64,000 nucleotides of DNA from Camelus dromedarius. Its lineage: Eukaryota. Where the stretch lies: NCBI RefSeq assembly GCF_036321535.1, contig NC_087437.1, positions 11,286,001 through 11,350,000 on the forward strand. Reading direction: 5' to 3'. Positions 26,100 to 38,080 of the stretch are shown piece after piece. The notes below the pieces were generated by a model. That model was not told the DNA's origin, searched no databases, and was given only the letters and a program-made list of their open reading frames with translations. The position numbers were made by a program, and so were the translations under genes. Numbering within the stretch: the stretch's first letter is position 1; the number at the start of each line of letters is the position of its first letter.

Positions 26100-26302
26100 C
26101 AGGAGTCAGAACAAATACGGCCTCAGGACCTGCTTTGTAAATAAAGTTTTATTGGAACACAGCCGTGCTCACTTGTTTACACAGTGTCTGCTTCTGCATC
26201 TACCCTGCGCTACAACAGCAGCATGCCATCGCTGTGACAGAGACCACGTGGCCGTGAAAATATTTAGCATGTGGCAATTTAGAAAAAAATCTGCCATCCC
26301 TG
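26100..26302. mobile_element. MER58-like hAT MITE
   Basis: tttgtaaataaagttttattggaacacagcc core with CAGGAGTC...CTGCCATCCCTG ends. Confidence 0.8.
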
Positions 26303-26727
26303 CTGTAGGCGATCTCACCCCTCCTGATAGCTTTAAATAACAGTTACATGCGGATGACAGAATCCGAAAATCAGAACCTAGTGTCCTGCTATCCACTGAC
26401 ATCTCATCTTTGCAACAAGCAGACATCTCTGACTTCATTCTTTCTAAAACCCATTCCTCCTGTGGTCTTTCCATCTCACCACTACCCCCCTCCTGGGGGC
26501 TTAAGTCCAAAACCTTGGCGCCCTCCTTGACCCTCACACTCCCTCTCTACCTACATCCAGTCCATCAGCAAGTTCTCGGGTTCTCCCTCCAAACTATATT
26601 TTAATCCAACCCCTTCTCTGTCTCTACTGCCATCACCTTAGACAAAAACATCACTGCCTCTTCACCAAACTCCTCACATGGCCTCCTAACTGGCCTGGCC
26701 TCACTGTAATTCTTTTCTTCTTCTTCT

Positions 26728-26833
26728 TTTTTTAAATTGCAGTGTAGTTAGATTTATAATGTTGTGCTAGTTTCTGTTGTACAGCACAGTGATTCAGGGA
26801 CATATATGTGTATATATATAAAACACTCTTTTC
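26728..26833 (-). mobile_element. Very short L1 3' terminus inserted in L2
   Basis: aaattgcagtgtagttagatttataatgttgtg...gtacagcacagtgattcag. Confidence 0.7.
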
Positions 26834-26849
26834 AAAGTCTCATTCTTTC

Positions 26850-26996
26850 TTTTTTTAATTTATCTTTCTAATTTTTTTGTGTGTGGGGGGAGGTAATCAG
26901 GTTTGATTTTATTTTTTTAGAGGAGATACTGGGGATTGAACCCAGGACCTTGGGCATGCTAAGCACGTGCTCTACCGCTGAGCTGTACCCTCCTCT
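26850..26996 (-). mobile_element. Vic-1-like SINE
   Basis: A/B boxes on the minus strand. TSD TCATTCTTTC at 26840-26849 and 26997-27006. Confidence 0.88.
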
Positions 26997-27616
26997 TCAT
27001 TCTTTCCTGATACAGCAACCAGAGCCATGGTTGAAAAACTGCACACTGGATCATGTCACTTCCCTGCTTAAAACCTGCCATGGTTTTTCACTGCATTTAG
27101 AGTAAAATTTAAACTCATCACCAAAAGATGGCCTTTCCCCGCCTCACGTCAACCCCTCTGCCCGCTCTCTCTCATACCGGCAACAGCAGCCAGAATGGCA
27201 TCCTTGCCGGCCCTTGAGCACCCCTGCTCTTCTTGTGTGACTCAGGGACCCTGCACGTGCTCTTCTCTGTCTGAAACGCCTCTCCCTCTGTCCCTCCACA
27301 GGGCAGGGCCCTTCTCATCCTTCAAGACTCAGCGTACGAGTCACATTCTCTGGGTTTCAGGGGCCTTTTGACTCCATTGTAGGCTGAGGGCCCCTGACGC
27401 TCATCACATATGTGACATTAGTTGTTCTCCCAGAAGAAAGATGGGGGACTCTCCGGGCATCAACTATGTGCATTTTCCAAAACAAGATCAAATGTTATCT
27501 GTTGCAATAAATGGACTTTCTTAGGCTTGGAAAGTTCTGGGGAGACATCTGTCTGTCTCGAGTTGAGCCAGTTTGCTCTTTTATATTTTGCTGCTGGAGA
27601 ACAGAGATAGACTTCT

Positions 27617-27777
27617 TTTTTTTTTTTTTTAAATTAATTTTTTGGTGGGGGAGGTAATTAAGGGGAAGTAATTAGGTTTGCTTATTTATTTATTTTAATG
27701 GAAGCACTGGGGATTGAAGCCAGGACCTCACGCATGCTAAGCGCACGCTCTCCCACTGAGCTATAGCCTTGCCACCC
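27617..27777 (-). mobile_element. Vic-1-like SINE with duplicated 3' TAATTAC motif
   Basis: Poly-T at left, ggggaggtaatta/ggggaagtaatta tandem, A/B boxes. Confidence 0.87.
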
Positions 27778-29499
27778 AGACCGGCTTCTTAAACCTACCT
27801 CCACTGAGCCTTGGAATTATGAATGGAGGTCACAACTACCAAACATCTCTGCTCTCAGAGAGGTTATAGAAAGTGTAGAAACATGGCGTGCCCTCTGAAG
27901 GAGCCACTCACATTGAGGAACGATCCTTTCACAGACATGGGGGGTGGGAGCCCAGGTCTCACCATATGAGTGCTGAGAGCGTACCTTAATGTAGGCGACA
28001 TATTTGGGGGGAAAGGAAAGGGTGCAGAATAACTTCTTGAGCTCTGTTGCTCTTTGGATGTCTGGAATCTTCTGACTTGTTTCTTTTTAAAAAAGATTCC
28101 AAATTAGTTCAACTCCAGAGATGAGCGCAGGGCAAGCTCCTGGCACTTTGGGACCACTTGATCTTAAAGTCCCCCCCACCCTCCAAAGACGGAGGTTTCC
28201 CCCGGGATCCTCAGATATGACAACTGGAACTTCTGAGCTGTGTATTCCATATGCACTTTATTCGACGCAGAGGAAACCCCATCCCAGAGGGATAAGGTGG
28301 CTTTTGTCCCACCGTAGACGGTCGTTATTGGGACCAAAATGTATTCACACTTTAGGGCTGTCAGGTCCTCCTTTCCAGGTGGGACCTTTATTTTCCCAAC
28401 TGACTTTAGTGCTTTAGGCTTGGGGGGCGGGAGGGAGGGAATGAAAGGAATTTGTCCCCAGCCTGAGGACTGACTCTCCTCCTCAGGACTTCTACTAAAT
28501 GGTGCAAAACCTTGAGTGGCTAGGATCAGGTCAAACTAACCATTTTGGGAACTTTTTACTTCCTCTGTCCTAGATGTGTCAATTAGCATGACTGACTCTC
28601 CCCTTGATTATTGTGATTTTGGGGTCCTTATTAAATGAACACCATGGCTACTGGGTGAACACCCAGATGGTGTTCCCAAAGTGGTCCAGAATGTCAGTCC
28701 CAAGGGATGCTTTGAAGAAAAATCAGTAAAAAAAGAGGTTCTATGGTCAAGTGAGTCTGGTAAATTGTGTGTCCTTCTCTTGGAGATTCGCAGAAGAAAA
28801 CTGCTGAACTTTGTATGCCTTTGCATAGCTCAGCATTTCCTGAACACCTCTCATCATGGAACCCTGTGTATCCGGTAACATCTGTTACAAGCGTTCCATG
28901 AAATATTCTTTGAAAAACACAGAACTCTGTTCTATTGCATATATGCTGGGGGTTGCTTGCAGGGCTGGTTGGACCCATGAAGTGCAGATCCTCAGGGGAC
29001 CACATCAAGTCTTTGGGCTCTGGGATCAAGTTTGCTTTGGTGGGAATAGAAACTCAAAGCCTCCCTCTTTGAAAACATCTTGTGCTCTGAATTTGTTTTT
29101 CATTTTTCTCCTTCAATAACAAACAAAAACGTCTTGATAGTTCCAGCCGCTGATGGCTCTCTCAAGGATACAAGGGGAGGCTTTTGGGTTAATCCATCAC
29201 CAGGCAGAATTTGCTTTTACAAAAATGTGCTAGAAAATGTGGCAACATGGTTTGACTAGCAGAAAGGGAATGGATTCTGATCTGGTGCAGTGGAAGAGAG
29301 ACAGCTCTGATGAGAACACTGATGTGAGAACAGGACAGGCTTGGGGCCCAAGCTGATGGGAGCAACCTCAGTAATTGAACTGAGAGATTTTCAAGGAGAA
29401 GGAGGTGCTCATGAAGGCAGTCCTGTGGGCTTCCTCGACTTGGATCTTCATTCCAGGTTTGGAGGTTGTGTATTTTGTTTCATTAAGATGGAATGGTTG

Positions 29500-29686
29500 G
29501 GGGCGAGGGTACAGCTCAGTGGTGGAGTGCATGCCTAGAATGCCTGAGGTCCTGGGTTCAATCACCGGTACTTCCATTAAAAAAATGAATAAACGTAATT
29601 ACCTCCCCTGACAAAAGATGAAAAAAATTAATAGAAGTTAAAAAATAAAATAGTTGGATAAAACAATTTAAAAAATTAAAAAAAAA
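29500..29686 (+). mobile_element. Vic-1-like SINE
   Basis: A/B boxes and long A-rich tail. Perfect 15-bp TSD AAGATGGAATGGTTG at 29485-29499 and 29687-29701. Confidence 0.92.
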
Positions 29687-29854
29687 AAGATGGAATGGTT
29701 GCCTGACCCATTCATACAAAAGATACCACCAACCCAGCTACAGCAGCATTTTACTAGATGAAACAGGTGAATGTATACGATGAATGAGTTAAAGAAAACA
29801 GCCTTTTGAAGTTCCACAAAGATTATAAAATAGACTCCAAAAGACCCCTTAGGT

Positions 29855-30030
29855 CAGAGGTTCTTAAAATGTGGTTCCTGAAACCAGCATTACCATCTCC
29901 TGGAACTTCTTAGAAACACAAATTATCTGGCAGGAATATGAGCAGGAACTCTGGGGGTGAGGCCGGCAGTGCGGGTGTGGACGAGCCCTCCTGGGGATCC
30001 TGATCCAGGCTGACGTCTGAGAACCGGGGC
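29855..30030. mobile_element. MER5A-like hAT MITE
   Basis: cagaggttcttaaaatgtggttcc...ccagcattaccatctcctggaacttcttagaaac...tgagaacc. Confidence 0.7.
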
Positions 30031-32077
30031 CCTCAAGGAAGGCCCGGGTGGTCCGTACCCTTAGGGCCCTGCCAACTTTCCCAGGCTCACTGCCCGTCAC
30101 CTGGAGCCCTGGATTCTCAGAGCCCCTTTCTTCTGTTGCTGTTTCCTGCTTGCCCTGGAAGGGGTATTGGCTTTGTCCTTGATCTGAAACCTTTTAGGCT
30201 TAATTAACCCAGGAGAAATCTATGCTCCACGTGGCCAGCCCCACTCCACTTTTCCAGCCTCTCCTTTGCGTTCTGGTGACCAGTCACTACCAGCATAATA
30301 GCACTTTGCATACTTTAGCATTGCCACTCAGCAGCCGTAAGGAGCAGTGACTTCCAGTGTCTTTGGAATCTTTCAGTGTCTCTGGACATGATGCTGTCCT
30401 AATACCATAAGCGCTTCCCCTCACCCACCCCAGCCCCACAGCCTGCTGATGGTGCCCCAGGATCCTCTGCGTCCTGATGCCTGTCTCAGACACCTCCTCC
30501 ATCTCTGATGAACTCTATCCAGTCTTCTTCAAGAGATCTCCCCTCTGCCTGCTTTTACAGTAGACTCTCCCTTGGCTTTATCCTTAACCTTCTTCTAACC
30601 ACACATGTTCTCACCAAGTGACCTCATCAATGCCCACAGCTCCGACTCTTGCCCTGTTTGCTTGTGGTGCTTAATTGTGCTCCCCTAGACCTGCAGGTCC
30701 AGCCACCTACCCAACATCTCCCCCTGAATGCCTCTGCGGTGCCCCCCACGCTGAGACTGAGCTCATCTCAGATTCCGTGCTGGGGGTGTATAAACATTAT
30801 CTTATTAATCCTTATGGGTGGTCCCTCAGGGCAGCCAGGACTATGCATGTTAACAAAAAATGGATTAAAAAACCATTCATTTGTCCAAAGTGGCACAGCT
30901 GGTAATTGGAAGAGTCAGGATTCAAACCCAGATCTGTTCCAGCAAAACCTGCCTGCTTTGACTTTTCCTTTTGCAGCTTATTTCTCTCTCTCTGGCTTCG
31001 TCACAATCTGGTCCCAAAAAGCTGACTATTCCAGATTGCCACTACCTTCATGAAACTCCTCACTTCTTCTCTTTAAGAGAAAAGTCGGTGAACCCAACAG
31101 GTGTCTATGCCTCTAACCTTACTCTGACTTTCCCTTCGTCTGCCACAGAATCCAAAACATCTCACCGATTCCTTCTCCCAACCCTCATCCCAGATTGAAA
31201 TCACACCTTTTAAGAAAACGTTTAAAGCCTTACAGGTCCTTCAGAAGGTGGCCCTGGATTGTTTTTTATCCCTATCTCTTGCTGCTTGCTCATATAACCT
31301 GATCTCTGGCATTTCTGGTTTTGCTGAACAGCATCTCTGCATCTGCCTTGGTCACACATGGTCCCCCTTTCTGGCCTTAGCTCTCTTCCACACGGTGATC
31401 CAGGTTCCACGAAATGGCCTTCGTGTGGACGGTATCATTGAAACCTCAAACGATCTGGTAGGTAGACAGCATCATTCCTGTTTTAGAGATGAGGACACTG
31501 GGAGCTGGATGGGTTAGGGAACTCACCCAAGATCATAGGGCTGATCAGGGGTGATTTCAGTGCGGGTTTATTTGGCCGCAAGCCCCAAGCTTATTTCCAA
31601 AATATTGCATCTCCATGAAGAATCTTACCTTTCCATGCACTGAAGCTGAAATAATTATTTATGTTTATACCTTTGTTCTCTTAAAGTCAATGCATAAATT
31701 ACAGATAAAAGTATAGTGCTTATTTCCTGGATATTTAAGTTATTTTAAGGATTCACAATAAGCATATAATAGTTGCTTAACACATGAGTGAATGGGAGTA
31801 GACAACGGCTGAATGCCCTAAAAATTATAATCCTCCAGATTGTGAGTTATGATGTATTTTCTCCATGGAAACAGGACGGTAAGTTGGAAAACGGGACGTG
31901 ACTATAAGATATGCCTTGAGTTCACTGTCCTTATACCCTCGGTAGCTTACAGTGGGGTCCGGGACACCGCAGACTGTGATGAGCTCAGTCTCATAAAGAA
32001 TGTCGAGGAGGCTCTACATCTCTGCACCTGACCTGCATGCCCGAGCTGCCTTCTGGGAAACTGCTTGAATAAATCAA

Positions 32078-32492
32078 TGTCATTCTAAGTGAAGTAAGCC
32101 AGAAAGAGAAAGAAAAATATCATATGATAACATTCATATGTTGAATCTAAAACAAACAAAAGATAAACAAACTCATTTACAAAATAGAAACAGACTCACA
32201 GACGTAGAAAACAAACTTATGGTTACCCGGGGAGGAAGAGGGTGGGAAGGGATAAATTGGGAGTTCGAAATTTGTAGATACTAACTACTATACATAAAAT
32301 AGGTAAACAACAAGTTCATGCTGCATAGCACAGGGAACTATATCCAATATCTTGCAGTAACTTATGGTTAAAAAGAATATGAAAACAAATATATGTACGA
32401 TCCTCTATGACTAAAGCATTGGGCTGTACACCAGAAATTGACACAATATTGTAAACTGACTATATTTCAATAAAAATATATTTTAAAAAAAG
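32078..32492 (+). mobile_element. L1 3' end
   Basis: gtcattctaagtgaagtaagccag...caccagaaattgacaca...ttcaataaaaa, collinear with 9098-9691. Confidence 0.88.
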
Positions 32493-32651
32493 AATCTTTA
32501 GGTTCTTACCACTTCAAAAAAAAAAAAAAAAAAAGACACCCTGACATGCAGTGATTCTTCACAGCTTATTAATTGTCCTCCTTGCAGGGCCTAGAAACTT
32601 AACTGTGTCAGACAGGGGAATTTTATATGCTCAAAATATTTCTAAACATTA

Positions 32652-32794
32652 TTTTTTTGTGGGGGGTGAGAGGGAGGTAATTAGTTTTCTAAAATTTGTT
32701 TTGTTTATATTATTTATATGGAGGCACTGGGGATTGAACCCAGGACCTCATGTATGCTAAACATGTGCTCTGCCATTGAGCTATACCTTCCCCC
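32652..32794 (-). mobile_element. Vic-1-like SINE
   Basis: ggggattgaacccaggacctcatgtatgctaa...gagctatacc core. Confidence 0.87.
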
Positions 32795-33167
32795 TACAAC
32801 ATTCTTGATGGATGCTTAGTTCATCAAATATTTTCTTGCATATTGGAAAATAATGTATAGTCGGCTTTCAGCCTAAAGTCAAGATTTGTTCCATTTAAGT
32901 TTTGAAGTAATGGGTTGTAATGCTCAAAATTCCCAGAGACATTGGCGCGATTTCAAAGCCTCTTTTCCATAGCATTTCCAACGGATGGAGGAGTGTTGAT
33001 GGATGACTGGCATTCCAGCACAATGTCTTGCTTACTAGAGCTCCCAGGTTGAAGGTTAAGGGTTATATTCTGTCCGATGTTTCCTAAGACCAAAGGCAAA
33101 TCCGTAAGTTCTCTTTGTGCTTAGAAAGAGTGAGATAATACTCAAAAAGAGCTTGGGGTGGGGAGAG

Positions 33168-33302
33168 GGGTGGTGAGGGTGTAGCTCAGTGGTGGAGCAC
33201 ATGCTTAGCATGCACGAGGTCCTGGGTTCAATCCCCAGCACCTCCATTAACAATAAGTAAGTAAATAAATAAGCCTAATTACCCCCCTACCTCCACCCAA
33301 AA
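33168..33302 (+). mobile_element. Vic-1-like SINE
   Basis: GTAGCTCAGTGG...GGGTTCAATCCCCAGCACCTCCA...CCTAATTACC. Confidence 0.9.
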
Positions 33303-33817
33303 GAGGTCAGAATCCAGACCAAACGAAAAGCTTATGTACACAAAAGTAAATACAGACCAGCACCCTTAAGGCTGGAGATTGAGAAACAAAGTAAGGCTTT
33401 TAAAATAGATTTCAGACCCCCCTGTTATCAGCACTGAAGTCTTCTCTTTTCTAAGGTAACAGTGGAATCTTTGCTCTTTTTTTGACGAATAAACATTTGA
33501 TTCGAAAGCAAGCCTTTCATGACTCTACTCTATGAAGTATGACCATCAGAGTCTGGGAAACATACCCTAACATTTGAGTTTTGGTGTAGCTTTAATTAGA
33601 GCATGGGCTAAGTAACGATGATGGGGTCTACTGTGCGTTATCTTCACAACCAACTAAAAAGGCTCGCGCAGGGGTAGGCATTTCCACTCATCTGACAGCA
33701 GGAAACTGAGGAGAGGTTTTCTCACCCTTACGTAGCTACTAAGGGAAGATGTAAGTACTGAAACTTCAGCTCTTGAATTGCTATTCTAGAACGTGCTTAT
33801 CTTGCTTCCCCATATTG

Positions 33818-33982
33818 TTTTTTAAGATTTTTTTTAAAGATTTTTTTAATACTTCTTAAAAAAATTTTTTTAGGGGGTGGTAATCAGGTTTATTTATTTA
33901 TTTTTAAATGGAGGTACTGGGGATTGAACCCAGGACCTCATGCATGCTAAGCACTCTATCACTGAGCTATATACCCTCCTCC
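33818..33982 (-). mobile_element. Vic-1-like SINE
   Basis: Same core on the minus strand with a small internal deletion. T-rich tail at left. Confidence 0.87.
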
Positions 33983-34679
33983 TCCACACTGCTTTTCTAA
34001 ATAGAGAATTATTTTAATGTTTTGAAAGTTCTGGACAACTAATTATGTGTTTCAACACACATTCTAAGATCACTGTGATGATTTATCCGTTTTTCCAAAG
34101 ATGTGCCTAATTTAATGCTACTTCATATGTGTATTTTGATCAAAATGTTTGTTTCTCTACCTCGAGGAGAAAACAATGCTCTTCAACATTTTACTTTTTT
34201 TAAAAAGGATATCATATATGCTTGGCATGTATATCACATAGTCATTCATTTAATGTATTCTTTAATTTCTAATTACTTCTAATTTAATCACCCACACCAA
34301 GTAGATCCATTTCCTACTAATTTAATGTGTTAAGATGATTATTTCACTGTAATTCACACTGATGGACTTGATTTGAAAAGTTGAGTGCTTATTTGAGTAG
34401 AATGACTTCGACATTTAACAGCTATAGTATACTTTCTTTATTCTAGAATAACATATCGGAGATTAATTTTATGACAGATTTCCCTGAATAACAGGAAGAA
34501 TGAATGAGTGATTGAGTCATCTGCATTTACTCTGCTTTTTCACCTTTAAGAACAACTAATGCAGTATCTAGACCCTGCCACGTTTTCAAAAGATGTATTC
34601 TTTGTTCATTAAAGGCTCCAGTTCCCCACTTACACTTGAAAGTATCATGAAGAATAATTAGAGGTAAAAAGTTCAGACA

Positions 34680-35015
34680 AAGTTCTCATCCATGCTACAT
34701 CATGGATGAACTTCAAAAGCAGTATGTTAAGTGAGAGACATCAGTCTCATCGTATGATTCCACTTTTGTGTAGGGTCCACGAAAGGTAATCTGTATGGAC
34801 AGAAAGCAGGTGAGTGGGCGCCCAGGGCTGGGTACAGGAATGAAGGGTAACTGCAAGTCAGCTTCTGGTTTCTCTGGAGGAGATGGAAATATTCTAAAAT
34901 AAGATTGTGGTCATGGTTGCCCAACTCGGCAACTATACTAACAATTAGGGAACTGTACACTCACAACAGCGGAATTTCATGATGTGTAAAATACATCTCA
35001 ACCAAGCTTTGCCAA
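34680..35015 (+). mobile_element. Old L1M 3' UTR fragment
   Basis: catgctacatcatggatgaacttcaaaa...ggaaatattctaaaataagattgtggtcatggttgc...catctcaaccaagct. Confidence 0.7.
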
Positions 35016-35352
35016 AATAGATGTGAGATTACAAATAGCTCGAGGTAATTAAAACTGCTTGTCAAGCTAAGGAAAATTAGGAAGTTCACATCATTTATAC
35101 ACCAATACTACGTATGTTAGTTTTCTAGGTCTCATGGAGGATACACCATAGGAGGAAGACATGACTTTCCCCTGAAATTTGCAGCCAAACTAAGAAAGCA
35201 TATCAACAAACAGAAGCCAGTATCTGACACCCTAGTACCCCCGGTGTTAAGTGAATGTGGAGGAAAATGGAGTTATTATTTGTGGAACAATGTGAGTTAG
35301 ATTCCTTTTTTTAAGCTTAAATAATTATTTCTTGGCTTTTTTTTAAAAAAAA

Positions 35353-35467
35353 TTGGGGGGTTAATTAGGTTTATTTGTTTGTTTATTTTTAATGGAGGTA
35401 CTGGGGATTGAACCCAGGACCTCATGCCTGCTAGACACGCACTCTACTACTGAGATCTACCTTTCCC
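35353..35467 (-). mobile_element. Vic-1-like SINE
   Basis: Same core on the minus strand. Confidence 0.86.
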
Positions 35468-35687
35468 AGCTGCTTCTTTATTCTTCTCTAAGACAAATGC
35501 CAGCCAATAGAGCTTTCACTATTGCTTGGCCATCCACAGGGTTGCTGCTCATTTCAAGTCTAAGTTCACAGCTCTTCCAGCATTTCCATTTGGAAACCCC
35601 ATGCAGGAGGCAGGGTGTCTCCCCCAACTTCCTTCTCTCAGCACCCAGCACAGCACTGGGCAGGTGGGACACACTAAAAACATTTCT

Positions 35688-36117
35688 TTTGTTTTTTGTT
35701 TTTGCTTTTCTTTTTATTTTTTAACATCTTTTATTGATTTATAATCATTTTACAATGTTGTGTCAAATTCTAGTGTAGAGCACAATTTTTCCGTTATACG
35801 TGAACATACATATATTCATTGTCACATTGTTTTCTCTGTGAGCTACCACAAGATCTTGTATATATTTCCCTGTGCTATACAGTATAATCTTGTTTATCTA
35901 TTCCTCATTTTGAAATCCCAGTCTGTCCCTTCCCACCCCCTGCCCCCTTGGCAACCACAAGTTTGTTTTCTATGTCTATGAGTCTGTTTCTGTTTTGTAT
36001 TTCTGTTTTGGTTTGTTTTTTTTTTTTTAGATTCCACACATGAGTGATCTCATATGGTATTTTTCTTTCTCTTTCTGGCTTACTTCACTTAGAATGACAT
36101 TCTCCAGGAACATCTAT
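35688..36117 (-). mobile_element. L1 3' end (younger subfamily)
   Basis: tagattccacacatgagtgatctcatatgg...ggcttacttcacttagaatgac. Perfect 13-bp TSD TAAAAACATTTCT at 35675-35687 and 36118-36130. Confidence 0.9.
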
Positions 36118-36869
36118 TAAAAACATTTCTGATATAAATCACAATGAACTCACAGTCCCAGGGAATCTAACAGTCATGTTCAGAAGCCACAGGAAGACAG
36201 GGCAGAGTACAGTAACTCCTTTAGTAAAACTTCATGACAGTGTGAAGAAAGAAATTCATCCTGACGGGGAACAGAGAATCACGGCGGAAGTGAGATTTGA
36301 ACTGGGCCTTGAAGCAGGAGGGGAATAAATGGGGATTTGTAAATGTTTTCAAAAATAGGATCTACTTCATGCTGATACCCTGAGACCCTTGAGATCTAGG
36401 ACTGGCGAGGGGAAATTCTTCACTCTATTTCAGGTGTCAAAAACAGTCTAGAAAGATGCACAGCAGATACCAAGATTCACCTAAAATCCACTACAACCTT
36501 AGTTGTTTTGTGATTTACTAGATTGTGGAAAGAAATGAACGTCCAGGTCACAAGCGACTATTTTCTCTCCTTAGGAAAGTCCTCAGATGGCGGGGAATCT
36601 GCTTTCTCTCCTGCTACAAAGAAACGTGGCCTCCAGGTAAGCAACACCCTGTCACTCACACCTTCCTTAAAAATGTCACAGGTAACAGAGAGACAAGTAA
36701 CTTTCATTCTTGAGACACGCGCCCTTCCAGCACTGAATGGGTGCCTCAGAGAGACGTGGGTGGTTCGGAAGATCGGAAACTATTTCTGAATCACACACTT
36801 AAATTCAGATTTTTATAGGAACAAACATCATGCGAGACAACATTTTTGTTGTTGTTGTTGTTCTTGTAT

Positions 36870-37560
36870 TTTTGCCCAACAGGCATGATCTGATTCTAAT
36901 CATGAGGAAGCATCCGTCAGACCCACACTGTGGGACATTCTGCAAAATAATCAGCCTGCACTCTTCACAGATGTCAAGTGCTGTGAAAGTGAAGGACAAA
37001 GAGAGCTTGTGAGCTGGTCCAGAGTAAACAGACACAGAGACGAAATGGAAGGTCCTGGCCCAGAAAACAAAACCGGTATCGGGAGCAGCTGGTAGTGGCC
37101 TGGCCCAGCCTTGCTTGGGGGAAATGAAGTCGAGAGCCAGAGACGCGTCCTCTCTCTAGCCCTGGTCTCAGCCTTGACCTGCCCTCCGGGGGTGGTGGGG
37201 AGAGGGGTGGGGAGGGACAATTTGTGAAAATTAAATAAAGCAGGTAAAGTAGATAGTAGTACGCATCCATGTTAAGTTTCCTGACTTTGATGGTTGTACT
37301 ATGGTTTTCTAAGAGAACTTCTTTGCTTTTAGGAGACACAATGATGTATTTAAAATGGCATGATGTCTGTAACTTACCCTCAAATGGTTCTGAAAGATAA
37401 TATGTATATACGCAAACACACACGTAGTATTCACACAACCAGAATGATAAAGCCAACGCGGCAACATGTTAACACTTGGTGACTCCAACTGAAGGGCATA
37501 TGGGAGTTCTCTGCACCATTTCCACTTTTTGGTAAAGCTGAAATTGCTTTAAAATCAAAT
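36870..37560 (+). mobile_element. Ancient L1 (L1MC/MD/ME-like) 3' UTR with an internal GC-rich insertion
   Basis: ggacattctgcaaaataa, catgttaagtttcctgactttgatggttgtactatgg, catgatgtctgtaacttac motifs. Confidence 0.65.
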
Positions 37561-37704
37561 AGAAAGGAATTTGTAGGTTTGCGTCAACAGATCTTCCCAG
37601 AAAACACACAGCTCACTCAAACTTGAAGACATGATAGTCCCTTGCCACCAATTTTTTTCCAGTTCAACTCTTAAAAACAGAAACCAACTCAAAAAGTAAG
37701 CAGA

Positions 37705-38080
37705 TTTTGGTGGTGATCATTTTGAAATATCTAGAAATACTGAATCACTGAGTTGTGCACCAGGAACCAGCATAGTGTTGCAGGTAAATTATACTTCCCA
37801 AACAAACAAACTCATAAAGAAAGAGATCAGGTTTGTGGTTACCAGAGGCGGGGGTGGGCTGCAGTGTGGGGAGGGGGAATTGGATAAAGGTGGTCAAAAT
37901 GTGCACACTTCCGGCTATAAGATACGTAAGTACTAACGATGTAACATGCAACATGATCTGTATAGTTAACACAGCTGTAGGTCATATATGAAAGCTGTTT
38001 AGAATCATTACACTGTGCACCTTAAACTCATACAGTGCTGTATGTCAATCATACCTCAATATAACTGAAAGGAAAAAAAT
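37705..38080 (+). mobile_element. L1MA9-like 3' UTR fragment
   Basis: tttgtggttaccagaggc...ggtggtcaaaa...aaactcatacagtgctgtatgtcaatcatacctcaata. Confidence 0.65.

Larger units (their letters stand above)
26310..27335 (+). mobile_element. L2 LINE remnant interrupted by L1 fragment and SINE
   Basis: catccagtccatcagcaagttc, ggcctcctaactgg, ggatcatgtcacttccctgcttaaaacc motifs. Confidence 0.75.

Noticed and set aside
33170..33250. tRNA-Ala-like sequences (this and 12 other copies)
   Set aside because: They carry the SINE-specific CCTAATTACC tail, A-rich ends, TSDs and scattered mutations, so they are SINEs and not tRNA genes.
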